Origin: an uncultured beta proteobacterium
Lineage (GTDB): Bacteria; Pseudomonadota; Gammaproteobacteria; Burkholderiales; Burkholderiaceae_C
Length of the DNA: 64,000 nucleotides
Assembly (NCBI GenBank): GCA_963722025.1
Contig: CAVRNE010000091.1
Location: 13,406 to 77,405 of the forward strand
Direction: 5' to 3'
Positions 11,144 through 22,849 of this stretch are shown piece after piece (within the stretch, counting starts at the first letter, position 1; each line of letters opens with the position of its first letter). A program made the position numbers and the translations under genes. A model generated the notes under the pieces. That model did no database searches and was not told the DNA's origin. It saw only the letters and a program-made list of their open reading frames with translations.

Positions 11144-12071
11144 ATGCATCGGCTGCTGCAGCTCACTCTCGACTTCTTCGATTCCGCCCCGGCCGCTCGC
11201 GCCCCAAGAGCCCACCGCCCGCAAGCGCCGGGCCCCCGACACCACGACACGGCCGCCTGCCATCTCGCAGCCGACCGAGCTGCTGGACCAGGTCCTGCTA
11301 CCCGTTGCCTTTCGCCATCCGCGTGCCAATCGCGAGGCGGTGCTGGGCGATTCCGTGGTCGCTTTCGAGTTCCGCAGGGGCAAGCGCCGCAACATCGGTT
11401 TCATGGTGGGCCCCGAGGGGCTGACGGTCAGCGCGCCCAAGTGGGTGCCGCTCTACGAGATCGACGCCGCGGTGAAAAGCAAGGAACCGTGGATCCTCAA
11501 GAAGCTTGGCGATGCGCACGAACGGCAGCGGCGCGTCGATTCGGCCCGCATCGAGTGGAAGGACGGCGCCACCTTCCCCTACCTCGGCGAGCAGGTGATC
11601 CTGGTGCTGGATCCGCGCCATGCCTTCGACGAGGTGGGAGCGGCGCTCAATACCGATGGCGAGGCCTTGCCCGGCGTGCCGCGCCACACGCTGCACGTGG
11701 GCCTGCCCAATACGGCCGATGCCGCGCAGATCCGCGACAGCGTACAGGCCTGGCTGATGCGGCAGGCCAAACGGCTGTTCACCGAGCGGCTCGATCACTT
11801 CGCGCCCCAGCTTGGCGTGCAATGGCGAAAGCTGGTGCTCAGCAACGCGGGCACGCGCTGGGGCACAGCCCATTCCGACGGCCTGATCCGCCTGAATTGG
11901 CGCCTGATCCACTTCCGCCTGCCGGTGATCGACTATGTGGTGGCGCACGAACTGAGCCACCTGCGCGTGATGGACCACAGCCCGCGCTTCTGGGATACCG
12001 TGCGCACGGTCGTCCCCGACTACGCCCAGTTGCGCGGCCAGCTGAAGGAACAGGCCCTGCCGCCCTGGTAG
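11144..12071 (+). CDS. M48/SprT-like (DUF45/YgjP) zinc metallopeptidase domain protein (5' frameshift)
   Basis: RWG, IRLNWRL, YVVAHELSHL, HSPRFW. Confidence 0.85.
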
Positions 12072-12102
12072 CGACGTGCGCCTGAGCTGGCTGGGCGCCG
12101 GC

Positions 12103-13158
12103 TCAAGCCGGCGCGAAGCGGTAGATGCCGTCCTCGCCCAGCGAGCGGCTCAGCTTGCCGGCGAACCACAAGGCATGGAGATGGGCGACCGATTCGCCCA
12201 TCGCAAAGGTGGTCTGGTGCAGGTCGAGCTTGCGCTTGAACATGACGGGCAGCACGTCGGCCGCCGACTGCGGGGCTTTGGCGCAGGCTTCCACCACTTC
12301 GGCCAGCCGGTCGCGGTGGTGCTCGTGCAGTTGGCGGATGCGCTCGTGCAAACCGCGAAACGGTTTGCCGTGCGAGGGCAGGGTCAGGGTCTCCTGCGGC
12401 AGGCCGGCAAACTTGTCGATGGAGTCGAGGAAGGCCTTGAGCGGGTTGGACTCCGGCTCCACGTCGTAGACGCTGACGTTGGTCGAGATGCGCGGCAGCA
12501 TCATGTCGCCGCTGATCAGCACCTTCAGCGCTTCGCAGTACAGCGCGATGTGTTCGGGCGCGTGGCCGTAGCCGCTGATGCAGCGCCAGTCGCGCCCGCC
12601 GATGCGAACCGTGTCGCCGTCCTGCATGCGCCGGAAAGTGCGCGGGACCTGCGGCACCATGCTGGGGTAGTAGCTGGTCCGGGCCCGGATCTTCTCCACC
12701 GACTCCGGATCCGTGAGGCCGTGCGAGGCAAAGAAGTTGGCGGCGTGTTCGCCGCCGAAGCCCGTGGTGCTCTGCGACGCGATTCGCGCCGCGTTGAAGT
12801 CCGTCGCGCTGATCCACAGCGGCGCGTTCCAGCGCTCGCACAGCCACCAGGCCAGGCCGATGTGGTCGGGGTGCATGTGAGTCACGATCACGCGCAGGAT
12901 AGGCAGGCCCTCCAGCTGCGTCGCGAAAATCTGCTCCCACTGGGCCTTGGCCTCGTCCCGGCTGATGCAGCAGTCCACCACGGTCCAACCGGCGCGGCCG
13001 TCGATCTCGTCGCGCAGCAGCCACAGGTTGATGTGGTCCAGGGCGAATGGCAGGGCCATGCGGATCCACTTCACGCCCGGCGCCACCTCCAGGGTCTCGC
13101 CCTGCGCGGGCATGGCATCGCCAAGCGGATAGACCAACAGCTGTTCAAGGGCGTTCAT
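12103..13158 (-). CDS. MBL-fold metallo-hydrolase
   Basis: THMHPDHIG, GHAPEH, PSHG. Confidence 0.9.
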   Translation of the reverse strand: MNALEQLLVYPLGDAMPAQGETLEVAPGVKWIRMALPFALDHINLWLLRDEIDGRAGWTVVDCCISRDEAKAQWEQIFATQLEGLPILRVIVTHMHPDHIGLAWWLCERWNAPLWISATDFNAARIASQSTTGFGGEHAANFFASHGLTDPESVEKIRARTSYYPSMVPQVPRTFRRMQDGDTVRIGGRDWRCISGYGHAPEHIALYCEALKVLISGDMMLPRISTNVSVYDVEPESNPLKAFLDSIDKFAGLPQETLTLPSHGKPFRGLHERIRQLHEHHRDRLAEVVEACAKAPQSAADVLPVMFKRKLDLHQTTFAMGESVAHLHALWFAGKLSRSLGEDGIYRFAPA

Positions 13159-13179
13159 CGGGATCCCGGGTTCAAAGAT

Positions 13180-13200
13180 TTGACGTTGACGTAAACGTCA
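13180..13200. promoter_or_regulatory. LiuR-type operator between the MBL gene and liuR
   Basis: TTGACGTTGACGTAAACGTCA; near-identical to the 13690 site. Confidence 0.8.
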
Positions 13201-13271
13201 TATGTAATCCGCATTGTAGGGACGGGGGCAAGCCCCTGCTGTCCCATTGCGTACACACGAACTTATCTGTT

Positions 13272-13679
13272 ATGGCCACCACGACCTACACCATCAGCGA
13301 CCTGGCGAAAGAGTTCGACCTCACCACGCGGGCCATGCGTTTCTACGAAGACATGGGCCTGCTCCAGCCGGAGCGCTCGGGCCCCGGCGGGCGCAACCGC
13401 ATCTACAGCGCGCGCGACCGCACCCGCCTGAAGCTCACGCTGCGCGCCAAGCGCCTCGGCTTGTCGCTGACCGAGGCCCGGGAGATCATCGACATGTACG
13501 ACAGCCCGCGCGACACCGGGCCGCAGCTGAGGAAGTTCCTTGCGGTGCTGGCTCAGCACCGCAAGCAGCTGGAGGAGCAGATGGCCGACCTGCAGGCCAA
13601 CCTGGACGAGGTCAAGGTGCACGAAAAAGAGGCGCGCGCCCTGCTGGCCAGGTCCGAGAAACCCCGCCAGGCGGCCTGA
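13272..13679 (+). CDS. liuR: MerR-family regulator of leucine/isovalerate utilisation
   Basis: YTISDLAKEFDLTTRAMRFYED MerR HTH; flanked by ACGT palindromes; upstream of ivd. Confidence 0.85.
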   Translation: MATTTYTISDLAKEFDLTTRAMRFYEDMGLLQPERSGPGGRNRIYSARDRTRLKLTLRAKRLGLSLTEAREIIDMYDSPRDTGPQLRKFLAVLAQHRKQLEEQMADLQANLDEVKVHEKEARALLARSEKPRQAA

Positions 13680-13689
13680 CAAGGCATAA

Positions 13690-13711
13690 TTGACGTTTAC
13701 GTAAACGTCAA
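13690..13711. promoter_or_regulatory. LiuR-type operator upstream of the PaaI-ivd operon
   Basis: Perfect 22-bp palindrome TTGACGTTTACGTAAACGTCAA. Confidence 0.85.
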
Positions 13712-13728
13712 CTCGAGCAGAACACGCC

Positions 13729-14187
13729 ATGGCCGGCCCGCGCTTCGAACCCAAAGACCCGGATTTCGCCGCCCGCGTGCGGGCGAGCTTCGACCGCCAG
13801 GGGGCGATGAAAACCATAGGCGCGACCCTGGCCGGTGTGGAAGCGGGGCTGGTCGTGATCGAGCTGCCCTGGGCGCAGCCGCTGACCCAGCAGCACGGCT
13901 TCCTGCACGCCGGCATGGTCGCCACGGCGCTCGATTCGGCCTGTGGCTACGCGGGCTTCAGCCTGATGCCGGCGGATGCGGCCGTGCTGACCATCGAATA
14001 CAAGATCAACCTGCTCGCGCCGGCCAAAGGCCAGCGCTTTCGCATGGAAGGCCTGGTCATCAAGCCGGGCCGCACCATCACGGTGGCCGAAGGCAAGGCT
14101 TTCGCCATCGACGAAGGCAAAGAGAAACTCATCGCCACGATGGGATGCACGCTGATGGCCGTGTTCGGCCGCGACATCCAGCATTGA
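13729..14187 (+). CDS. PaaI family thioesterase
   Basis: QQHGFLHAG...DSACG...[12 protein letters not shown] hotdog-fold motifs. Confidence 0.9.
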   Translation: MAGPRFEPKDPDFAARVRASFDRQGAMKTIGATLAGVEAGLVVIELPWAQPLTQQHGFLHAGMVATALDSACGYAGFSLMPADAAVLTIEYKINLLAPAKGQRFRMEGLVIKPGRTITVAEGKAFAIDEGKEKLIATMGCTLMAVFGRDIQH

Positions 14188-14207
14188 ACAATCCACAGGA
14201 GACATTC

Positions 14208-15386
14208 ATGAACTTGCCGGGCCTCGACTTCCAGTTGGGTGAAGACATCGACGCATTGCGCGACGCGGTGCGCGAATTTGCACAGGCGGAGATCGCGCCG
14301 CGCGCCGCCGAGATCGACCGCAGCGACCAGTTCCCCATGGACCTGTGGCGCAAGATGGGCGAGGTCGGCGTGCTGGGCATCACGGTGCCCGAGGAATACG
14401 GCGGCGCCAACATGGGCTACCTGGCGCACATGATCGCGATGGAGGAGATCTCGCGCGCCTCGGCCTCGGTCGGCTTGTCATACGGCGCGCACAGCAACCT
14501 GTGCGTGAACCAGATCAAGCGCAACGGCAGCGAAGCGCAGAAGAAGAAATACCTGCCCAAGCTGATCTCGGGCGAGCATGTCGGCGCTCTGGCCATGAGC
14601 GAGTCCGGCGCCGGCAGCGACGTGATCTCGATGAAGCTCAAGGCCGAAGACAAGGGCGGCTACTACCTGCTCAACGGCAGCAAGATGTGGATCACCAACG
14701 GGCCTGACGCGGACACCCTGGTGGTCTATGCCAAGACCGAGCCGGAATTGGGCGCCCGCGGCGTCACCGCTTTCCTGATCGAAAAGGGCATGAAGGGCTT
14801 CTCGATCGCGCAGAAGCTCGACAAGCTCGGCATGCGCGGCTCCCACACCGGCGAACTGGTGTTCCAGAACGTCGAAGTGCCCGCCGCCAACGTGCTGGGC
14901 AACCTCAACGGCGGCGCCAAGGTACTGATGAGCGGCCTGGACTACGAGCGCGCCGTGCTGGCGGCCGGTCCGGTGGGCATCATGCAGGCGGTGATGGACA
15001 ACGTCATCCCCTACACCCACGACCGCAAGCAATTCGGCCAGAGCATCGGCGAATTCCAGCTGATCCAGGGCAAGGTTGCCGACATGTACACCGTGCTGCA
15101 GGCGGCGCGGGCGTTTTGCTACACCGTCGGCAAGAACCTGGACATGGTGGGCACCGAGCACGTGCGGCAGGTGCGCAAGGACTGCGCTTCGGTCATCCTG
15201 TGGTGCGCCGAGAAGGCGACCTGGATGGCAGGCGAGGGCATACAGATCTACGGCGGCAACGGCTACATCAACGACTACCCGCTGGGGCGGCTGTGGCGCG
15301 ACGCCAAGCTGTACGAAATCGGCGCAGGCACCAGCGAGATCCGCCGGATGCTGATCGGGCGGGAGCTGTTCGCGGAAACGATGTGA
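14208..15386 (+). CDS. ivd: isovaleryl-CoA dehydrogenase
   Basis: [43 protein letters not shown]. Confidence 0.95.
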   Translation: MNLPGLDFQLGEDIDALRDAVREFAQAEIAPRAAEIDRSDQFPMDLWRKMGEVGVLGITVPEEYGGANMGYLAHMIAMEEISRASASVGLSYGAHSNLCVNQIKRNGSEAQKKKYLPKLISGEHVGALAMSESGAGSDVISMKLKAEDKGGYYLLNGSKMWITNGPDADTLVVYAKTEPELGARGVTAFLIEKGMKGFSIAQKLDKLGMRGSHTGELVFQNVEVPAANVLGNLNGGAKVLMSGLDYERAVLAAGPVGIMQAVMDNVIPYTHDRKQFGQSIGEFQLIQGKVADMYTVLQAARAFCYTVGKNLDMVGTEHVRQVRKDCASVILWCAEKATWMAGEGIQIYGGNGYINDYPLGRLWRDAKLYEIGAGTSEIRRMLIGRELFAETM

Positions 15387-15389
15387 GGC

Positions 15390-15438
15390 TGTCATGCGGG
15401 ACCCGGACTCGCAATCCGGCACGTGCACAGGAATGACA
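15390..15438. repeat. degenerate TGTCAT...ATGACA palindromic repeat
   Basis: Terminal inverted TGTCAT/ATGACA with internal GCGGG...CGCAATCC. Confidence 0.6.
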
Positions 15439-15449
15439 CAATAGAATCC

Positions 15450-16138
15450 ATGCCCCACATCCAAGACCTCTTCGCCCACAACCGCGCCTGGGCCGCCCAG
15501 ATGGAGCGCGATCGCCCCGGCTTCTTCACCGGCCTGATCAAGCAGCAGACGCCCAAGTACATGTGGATCGGCTGCTCCGACAGCCGCGTGCCGGCCAACC
15601 AGATCACCGGCCTGGAGCCGGGCGAGGTGTTCGTGCACCGCAACGTGGCGAACATCGTCGTGCATTCCGACCTGAATGCGCTGTCGGCCATCCAGTTCGC
15701 GGTGGAGCTGCTCAAGGTCGAGCACATCATGGTGGTCGGCCACTACGGCTGCTGCGGCGTGCAGGCGGCGCTCGACGGCGCCCGCATCGGCCTGGCCGAC
15801 AACTGGATCCGCCACATCCAGGACGTGCGCGACCGCCACCGCGCCCTGCTCGATCAGTTGGCCCCCGAGACAGCGCGCGCCAATGCCCTGTGCGAACTGA
15901 ACGTGATCGAGCAGGTGGTCAACGTCTGCGTCAGCACCGTGATGGTCGACGCCTGGGCGCAAGGGCCAGAAGGTCAGCATCCACGGCTGGGCTTTCGGCG
16001 TGCAACGACGGCCTGCTGCATGACCTGCACATGACGGTCACCAGCACCGATGCGATCGAGCCGCTCTACCGCGCGGCGGTCGAGGGCGTCCTGGCGCGCC
16101 AAAATGGATCGCCAGCGCTCTGCAGGCCGCAGGCGCTA
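15450..16138 (+). CDS. can: beta-class carbonic anhydrase (frameshifted 3' end, stop approximate)
   Basis: WIGCSDSRVP, VHRNVAN, GHYGC. Confidence 0.9.
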
Positions 16139-16141
16139 GAC

Positions 16142-18000
16142 GTGTTCCCGCAGCGCCTGGATTCCCCGCTGGCCTACGACATCGCCAAGGCGATGATGGA
16201 CGGCTTCAATCGCCACTACCGGCTGTTCCGCACCGAGTCGGCGCGCGCCAAGCATCGCTTCGAAACCGCCGACTGGCATGGCCAGCAGCGCGCCCAGCGC
16301 GAGCGCATCGAGTTCTACGACCTGCGGGTGAAGGAAGCGACGGCCCGGCTGGAGAAGGAATTCAAGGCCGGCGAACAGCCGATGGACGTGTGGCAGCAGG
16401 TCAAGCTGCACTACATCGGCCTGCTGGTCGACCACCACCAGCCCGAGCTGGCCGAGACCTTCTTCAACTCGGTGACCACCAAGATCCTGCACCGCACGCT
16501 ACTTCCAGAACGACTTCATCTTCGTGCGGCCGGCCGTCAGCACCGAGTACATCGAGAACGACGAGCCGGCGGCCTGCCGACCTACCGCGCCTACTACCCG
16601 ACGCGCGAGAGCATGGGCGACACCATCGTGCGCATCGTCGACAACTTCCAGCTGCAGCGCCCCTTCGAGGACCTGCAGCGCGACGCGGAGCTACGTGCTC
16701 GAAGCCATGAGCGGGCGCCTGCACCAGGTCAAGCTGCGCGCCAACTTCCAGATCCAGGTGCTGTCGTGCGCTGTTCTATCGCAACAAGGGCGCCTACGTG
16801 GTCGGCAAGATCATCAACGGCTTCAACGAGCTGCCGTTCGCGCTGCCGATCCTGCACAACAGGCAGGGCAAGCTGATGCATCGACGCCTGCCTGTTCGGC
16901 GAGGACGACCTGCAGATGCTGTTCTCAGCTTCGCGCGGGCCTACTTCATGGTCGACATGGAGATTCCGTCGGCCTACGTGCAGTTCCTGCGCTCGCTCAT
17001 GCCGCGCAAGCCGCGCGCCGAGATCTACAACGCGCTGGGCCTGGCCAAGCAGGGCAAGACGCTGTTCTACCGCGACTTCCTCTACCACCTGAAGCACTCC
17101 AGCGACAAGTTCCGCATCGCGCCCGGCATCAAGGGCATGGTGATGCTGGTGTTCGACCTGCCGTCCTTCCCCTATCGTGTTCAAGCTGATCAAGGACTAC
17201 TACCCGCCGCAGAAGGACACCACGCGCGAGCAGATCAAGGGCAAGTACCTGCTGGTGAAGCAGCACGACCGCGTGGGCCGCATGGCGGACACGCTGGAAT
17301 ACAGCGAGGTGGCGTTCGCGCGCGACCGCTTCGAGGACGAGCTGATCGAGGAGATCCGCAAGTTCGCGCCCAGCCAGCTGGAGATCAGCGACCGCGACGG
17401 CGACGGCCGCGAGGAGGTGATCATCAAGCACCTCTACATCGAGCGGCGGATGATCCCGTTGAACATCTACCTGCAGGAGGCGTTCGACGCGGGCCTGGCC
17501 GCGGGCGGCAGCACCGTCGGGGCCGAGCACGCGCACGACCAGATCGAGCACGCCGTCATCGAGTACGGCAATGCGATCAAGGACCTGGTGGCGGCCAACA
17601 TCTTTCCCGGCGACATGCTGTGGAAGAACTTCGGCGTCACGCGCAACGGCAAGGTGGTGTTCTACGACTACGACGAGATCGAATACCTCACCGACTGCAA
17701 CTTCCGCAAGGTGCCGCAAGCCGCACAACGAGGAAGAGGAAATGTCGGGCGAGGTCTGGTACTCGGTCGGCCCGCAAGGACGTGTTCCCCGAGACCTTCG
17801 AGCCCTTCCTGCTGGGCAACCCGACCGTGCGCGAGGTGTTCATGAACCACCATGCCGACCTGCTGGATGCCGCGTTCTGGCAGAGCCACAAGGAGCGCAT
17901 CCAGGCCGGCCACGTGCACGACGTGTTTCCCTACGAGCGCGAGAAGCGCTTTGCGCGGCGCCATGCCGCACGCGAGCTGGCGGCGAAGGTCATGGCATGA
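16142..18000 (+). CDS. aceK: isocitrate dehydrogenase kinase/phosphatase (many frameshifts)
   Basis: [60 protein letters not shown]. Confidence 0.93.
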
Positions 18001-18012
18001 GCGACGGCCACC

Positions 18013-18510
18013 ATGACCGCGCGCGACGCCTGGGAACTCGCCAGTTTCGTCGTCACGGTGGTGGCGCTGCCTTTTGCCATCGTCTTTTTCGCCTGGGAGC
18101 AGCGCAAGGAGCGCGACAACGAGGAAGAAGAGGGCTACCAGCTGCTCTCCAATGCCTACAACGATTTTCTTAAGGTCGTGCTGGCCAACCCCGACCTGCA
18201 CCTGCGAACCAACGAGCCGCTTTCGAATCCCACACCTGAGCAGAACGAACGCATGCTGGTAATCTTCGATATGTTGATGTCGCTGTTCGAGCGCGCCTAT
18301 CTGGTGGCCTACAAGCCCAGGATGAGCGAGACGGAAGCCCGGCGCTGGAACAGCTGGGACGACTACATGCGCGAATGGTGCCGCCGCGAGGATTTTCACA
18401 ATGCCCTGCCGCTGCTGTTGCGCGGCGAAGACCCTGAATTCCAGAACTACCTGCGCCGCATCGCCGAAGAGGAACGCGGCGCGCTGATGCAATTGATCCA
18501 AACAAGCTGA
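18013..18510 (+). CDS. hypothetical protein with a single N-terminal TM helix (possibly DUF4760-like)
   Basis: Intact 165-aa ORF filling the aceK-thiolase gap; hydrophobic N-terminus. Confidence 0.75.
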   Translation: MTARDAWELASFVVTVVALPFAIVFFAWEQRKERDNEEEEGYQLLSNAYNDFLKVVLANPDLHLRTNEPLSNPTPEQNERMLVIFDMLMSLFERAYLVAYKPRMSETEARRWNSWDDYMREWCRREDFHNALPLLLRGEDPEFQNYLRRIAEEERGALMQLIQTS

Positions 18511-18523
18511 AAGGAGCTATTTC

Positions 18524-19714
18524 ATGTCCGATTCCATCGTCATCGTCGGCGCCGCCCGCACCCCCATGGGCGGCTTCCAGGGCGACTTCTCTTCCCTGTC
18601 GGCGCACGACCTCGGCGGCGCCGCCATCAAGGCCGCCGTCGAGCGCGCCGGCATCCCCGGCGACGCCGTGGGCGAAGTGCTGTTCGGCAACTGCCTGATG
18701 GCCGGCCAGGGCCAGGCGCCCGCGCGCCAGGCCGCGTTCAAGGGCGGGCTGCCCAAGAGCGCCGGCGCCGTGACGCTTGTCCAAGATGTGCGGCTCGGGC
18801 ATGAAGGCCGCGATGTTCGCGCACGACATGCTGCTGGCCGGCACGCACGAGGTGATGGTGGCCGGCGGCATGGAAAGCATGACCAACGCGCCCTACCTGC
18901 TGCTCAAGGGCCGCGGCGGCATACCGCATGGGCCACGACCGCATCTATCGACCACATGATGCTCGACGGCCTGGAAGACGCCTACGAGCCCGGCCGCTGC
19001 CATGGGCACCTTCGGCGAGGACTGCGCCGCCAAGTACAAGTTCACGCGCGAAGCGCAGGACGCCTTCGCGATCGCCAGCGTGCAGCGCGCCAAGGCCGCG
19101 ACCGAGTCGGGCGCCTTCGCCGCCGAGATCACGCCGGTCACGGTGAAGGGCCGCGCCGGCGAGGTCGTGGTCTCCATCGACGAAGGCCCGGGCAAGGTCA
19201 AGCTCGACAAGATCCCCACGCTCAAGCCCGCCTTCAAGAAAGACGGCACCATCACCGCCGCATCCAGCTCCAGCATCAACGACGGCGCCGCCGCGCTGGT
19301 GATGATGACGGAGATCGCACCGCGACGCGCTTCGGCGCGCAAGCCGATCGCGCGCATCGTCGGCCACGCCACGCACGCGCAGGAGCCCGAGTGGTTCACC
19401 ACCGCCCCGGTGGGCGCCGTGAACAAGCTGCTGGCCAAGACCGGCTGGAAGCGTGAAGCGACGTCGACCTGTGGGAAGTCAACGAGGCCTTCGCCGTGGT
19501 GCCCATGGCGCTGATGGCGGAGCTGAAGGTCGCGCACGACATCGTCAACGTCAACGGCGGCGCCTGCGCGCTGGGCCACCCGATCGGCGCTTCCGGCGCC
19601 CGCATCATGGTCACGCTGATCCATGCGCTGAAGGCGCGCGGCGGCAAGCGCGGCATCGCCACGCTGTGCATCGGCGGCGGCGAAGGCACGGCCGTGGCGA
19701 TCGAGCTGCTGTGA
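18524..19714 (+). CDS. acetyl-CoA C-acyltransferase (thiolase), several frameshifts
   Basis: [47 protein letters not shown]. Confidence 0.93.
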
Positions 19715-19719
19715 GAGGT

Positions 19720-19790
19720 TGTCATTGCGGGCTTGACCCGCAATCCATGTTGGCGCGCAAAGTGGATCCCGGATCAAGTCCGGGATGACA
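19720..19790. repeat. full palindromic repeat with two hairpins, TGTCAT...ATGACA
   Basis: TGTCATTGCGGGCTTGACCCGCAATCC...GGATCCCGGATCAAGTCCGGGATGACA. Confidence 0.85.
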
Positions 19791-19795
19791 GCCAC

Positions 19796-20927
19796 ATGCT
19801 GCTGACCCAAGACCAGGAAATGATCCGCGACGCGGTGCGCGCGTTCGCGCAGGAAGAACTCTGGCCCCACGCGCCGCGCTGGGACCGGGAGCATCATTTC
19901 CCGCGCGAAGCGCACAAGGGCCTGGCGGCGCTGGGCGCCTACGGCATCTGCGTGCCCGAGGAATTCGGCGGCGCCGGCCTCGACTACCTGACCCTGGCGC
20001 TGGTGCTGGAGGAAATCGCCGCCGGCGACGGCGGCACCAGCACCGCGATCAGCGTCACCAACTGCCCGGTCAACGCCATCCTGATGCGCTACGGCAATGC
20101 CGCGCAAAAGAAGAAGTGGCTGACGCCGGCTGGCGCAGGGCGAGCTGCTGGGCGTGTTCTGCCTGACCGAGCCGCACGTGGGCAGCGATGCCTCGGCGCT
20201 GCGCACCACGCGCCGTGAAGGACGGTGACGGCTACGTGATCAACGGCGTCAAGCAGTTCATCACCAGCGGCAAGAACGGCCAGCTGGCGATCGTGATCGC
20301 GGTCACCGACAAGGGCGCGGGCAAGAAGCGGCATGAGCGCCTTCCTCGTGCCGACCGACACGCCCGGCTACGTGGTCGCGCGGCTGGAAGACAAGCTCGG
20401 CCAGCATTCCAGCGACACCGCGCAGATCAATTTCGACAATTGCCGCATCCCGGCCGATAACCTGATCGGCGAGGAGGGCGAGGGCTACAAGATCGCCTTG
20501 TCGGCGCTGGAAGGCGGGCGCATCGGCATCGCCGCGCAGAGCGTGGGCATGGCGCGCAGCGCCTTCGAGGTGGCGCTGGCCTATGCCAAGGAGCGCCAGA
20601 GCTTTCGGCACGGCCATCATCAACCACCAGGCCGTGGGCTTTCGCCTGGCCGAGTGCGCGACGCAGCTCGAGGCCGCGCGCCAGCTGATCTGGCATGCCG
20701 CCAGCCTGCGCGATGCGGGCCGGCCCTGCCTGAAGGAAGCCGCGATGGCCAAGCTGTTCGCCAGCGAGATGGCCGAAGAGGTCTGCAGCGCTGCGATCCA
20801 GACCCTGGGCGGCTACGGCTATGTCAACGACTTCCCGGTGGAGCGCATCTGGCGCGACGTGCGTGTGTGCCAGATCTACGAAGGCACTTCCGACATGCAG
20901 AAGATCATCATCCAGCGGGCGCTGTGA
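19796..20927 (+). CDS. acyl-CoA dehydrogenase (short/branched-chain type), frameshifted
   Basis: [32 protein letters not shown]. Confidence 0.9.
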
Positions 20928-21232
20928 TGGATTGGCCGGCCAACGCCGAGGCGCTGATGCGATCGCGCTACGACGCATTCGTGGCGGGCGACGAGGCCTG
21001 GCTGCTGGCCACCTGGCATCCCTCCACCCGGCCGGCCGAGGTACGTTTCGACCCCGGGGCGAAATGGCTGGGGCTGGAAGTGCGCGATCATCAAGTGACC
21101 GATGACGACCACGCAGAGGTGGAATTCGTTGCCCGGTATCGCATCGCCGGCCGCGCCGTGCGCTTGCACGAGCGCAGCCGCTTCGTGCGTGAGCAGGGAC
21201 GCTGGTATTACGTGGACGGAGAAGTGCGTTGA
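20927..21232 (+). CDS. YchJ family (UPF0225) protein
   Basis: [36 protein letters not shown]. Confidence 0.9.
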   Translation: MDWPANAEALMRSRYDAFVAGDEAWLLATWHPSTRPAEVRFDPGAKWLGLEVRDHQVTDDDHAEVEFVARYRIAGRAVRLHERSRFVREQGRWYYVDGEVR

Positions 21233-21906
21233 CCCTCGAGCGCTTCGATGCCGTGCTGTTCGACTGCGATGGCGTGCTCGTGGACAGCGAGCCGATCACC
21301 AACGGCGTGCTGCGCGACATGCTGGAGGAGCTCGGCTGGACACTCACGCTCGCGGAATGCATGCGCACCTTTGTCGGCAAGGCCGTCAAGGACGAGCGCG
21401 CGCTGATAGAAGCCCGCACCGGCCAGCCGCTGACCGAGGATTGGATGGTGCGTTTTCGCGAGCGGCGCAACGAAGGGCTGATCCGCGATGTCAAGGCGAT
21501 CCCGGGTGCGGTGCAGGCGGTGCGGCTGATTCACGAACGCCTCGATGGACGGATCGCCTGCGCCTCGGGCGCCGACCGCTTCAAGGTGGAACTGCAACTG
21601 GAGAAGTGCGGCTTGATGCCGTACTTCAAGGGCCGTATCTTCAGCGGGCACGAGTTGCCGCGCTCCAAGCCCGCGCCCGATGTCTATCTGGCTGCGGCGG
21701 CCTCGCTGAATGTGGACCCCAAGCGCTGCGCGGTAGTGGAAGACACCACGACCGGTGTCACGGCCGGCCGCGCCGCCGGTGCCACGGTGTTCGGCTACAG
21801 CCCCTCGGGGTTGGGGCACGATGCGCCGAAGGCCCTGAGCGCGGCCGGGGCTGTCGCGGTTTTCACCGATATGGCGGATCTTGCGGCATTGCTGGGAGCA
21901 AGCTGA
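21229..21906 (+). CDS. HAD family phosphatase
   Basis: [22 protein letters not shown]. Confidence 0.9.
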   Translation: MTLERFDAVLFDCDGVLVDSEPITNGVLRDMLEELGWTLTLAECMRTFVGKAVKDERALIEARTGQPLTEDWMVRFRERRNEGLIRDVKAIPGAVQAVRLIHERLDGRIACASGADRFKVELQLEKCGLMPYFKGRIFSGHELPRSKPAPDVYLAAAASLNVDPKRCAVVEDTTTGVTAGRAAGATVFGYSPSGLGHDAPKALSAAGAVAVFTDMADLAALLGAS

Positions 21907-21932
21907 GGGCCGGGTGTCAGCAGGGGCCGCGA

Positions 21933-22706
21933 TCACTGCTCGGCAAAGGCCCTCTCGATCACGAAGTCCCCCGGCCTCGAGGTGTTGCCCTCCGTGAAGC
22001 CCTGGCCTTCCAGCATGTGCTTCAGGTCTTTCAGCATGCCGGGACTGCCGCAGATCATCACCCGGTCCTCGGCCTGGTTCAGCGGCGGGATGCCCAGGTC
22101 CTCGAACATCTTGCCGGTCTGCATGAGGTCGGTCACGCGGCCCATGTTGCGGTAGGCCTCGCGCGTCACGGTGGGGTAGTAGCGCAGCTGGCTGCTGACC
22201 ATGTCGCCCAGGATCTCGTGCGCGGGCAAGTGCACGACCAGCAGGTCGTGATAGGCCAGCTCGTCCTTCTGGCGCACGCCATGCACCAGGATGATCTGCT
22301 CGAACTTTTCGTAGGTCTCGGGGTCGTGCACGATGCTCATGAACGGCGCCAGGCCGGTCCCGGTGGACAAGAGAAACAGCCGCTTGCCCGGCAGCAGGTA
22401 GTCGATGAGCAGCGTGCCGGTGGGCTTGCGGCCGACGATGATCTTGTCTCCCACCTTGATGTGCTGCAGGCGCGAGGTCAGGGGACCGTCCGCGACCTTG
22501 ATGCTGAGGAACTCCAGGTGCTCCTCGTAGTTGGCACTGACGATGCTGTAGGCGCGCAGCAACGGCTTCTCGTTGACGCGCAGGCCGATCATCGTGAAGT
22601 GGCCGTTGGAAAACCGCAGCGACGGGTCGCGGGTGGTCTTGAAGGTGAACAGGCGATCGGTCCAGTGGTGGATGGAAAGGACGGTTTCCTCGTTGAATGC
22701 GCTCAT
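21933..22706 (-). CDS. fpr: ferredoxin-NADP+ reductase
   Basis: RAYSIVS, GPLTSRL, TGTGLAPF, MICGS, C-terminal ERAF. Confidence 0.94.
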   Translation of the reverse strand: MSAFNEETVLSIHHWTDRLFTFKTTRDPSLRFSNGHFTMIGLRVNEKPLLRAYSIVSANYEEHLEFLSIKVADGPLTSRLQHIKVGDKIIVGRKPTGTLLIDYLLPGKRLFLLSTGTGLAPFMSIVHDPETYEKFEQIILVHGVRQKDELAYHDLLVVHLPAHEILGDMVSSQLRYYPTVTREAYRNMGRVTDLMQTGKMFEDLGIPPLNQAEDRVMICGSPGMLKDLKHMLEGQGFTEGNTSRPGDFVIERAFAEQ

Positions 22707-22849
22707 GCTTGGATTTTCGCTATACGGTATCGAAATGGATGTGCTACCCGCTATGGTATTGCGGCGCGCCGCCTTGCCCCGCAAGGCGCGACAGCTGCTG
22801 CGCGGGTATTTTCCCCGATGCTCGTATATCGACGCCGGACGATGGCAAC

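Noticed and set aside
15563-16876. Apparent carbonic anhydrase-AceK fusion ORF
   Set aside because: Lies in the most indel-dense stretch; a TAG at 16136 and a GTG start at 16142 give two normal genes
16142-20927. Programmed frameshifting or pseudogenisation of aceK, thiolase and ACAD
   Set aside because: No consistent slippery sites; the same indel pattern affects essential glyS, so sequencing error is more parsimonious
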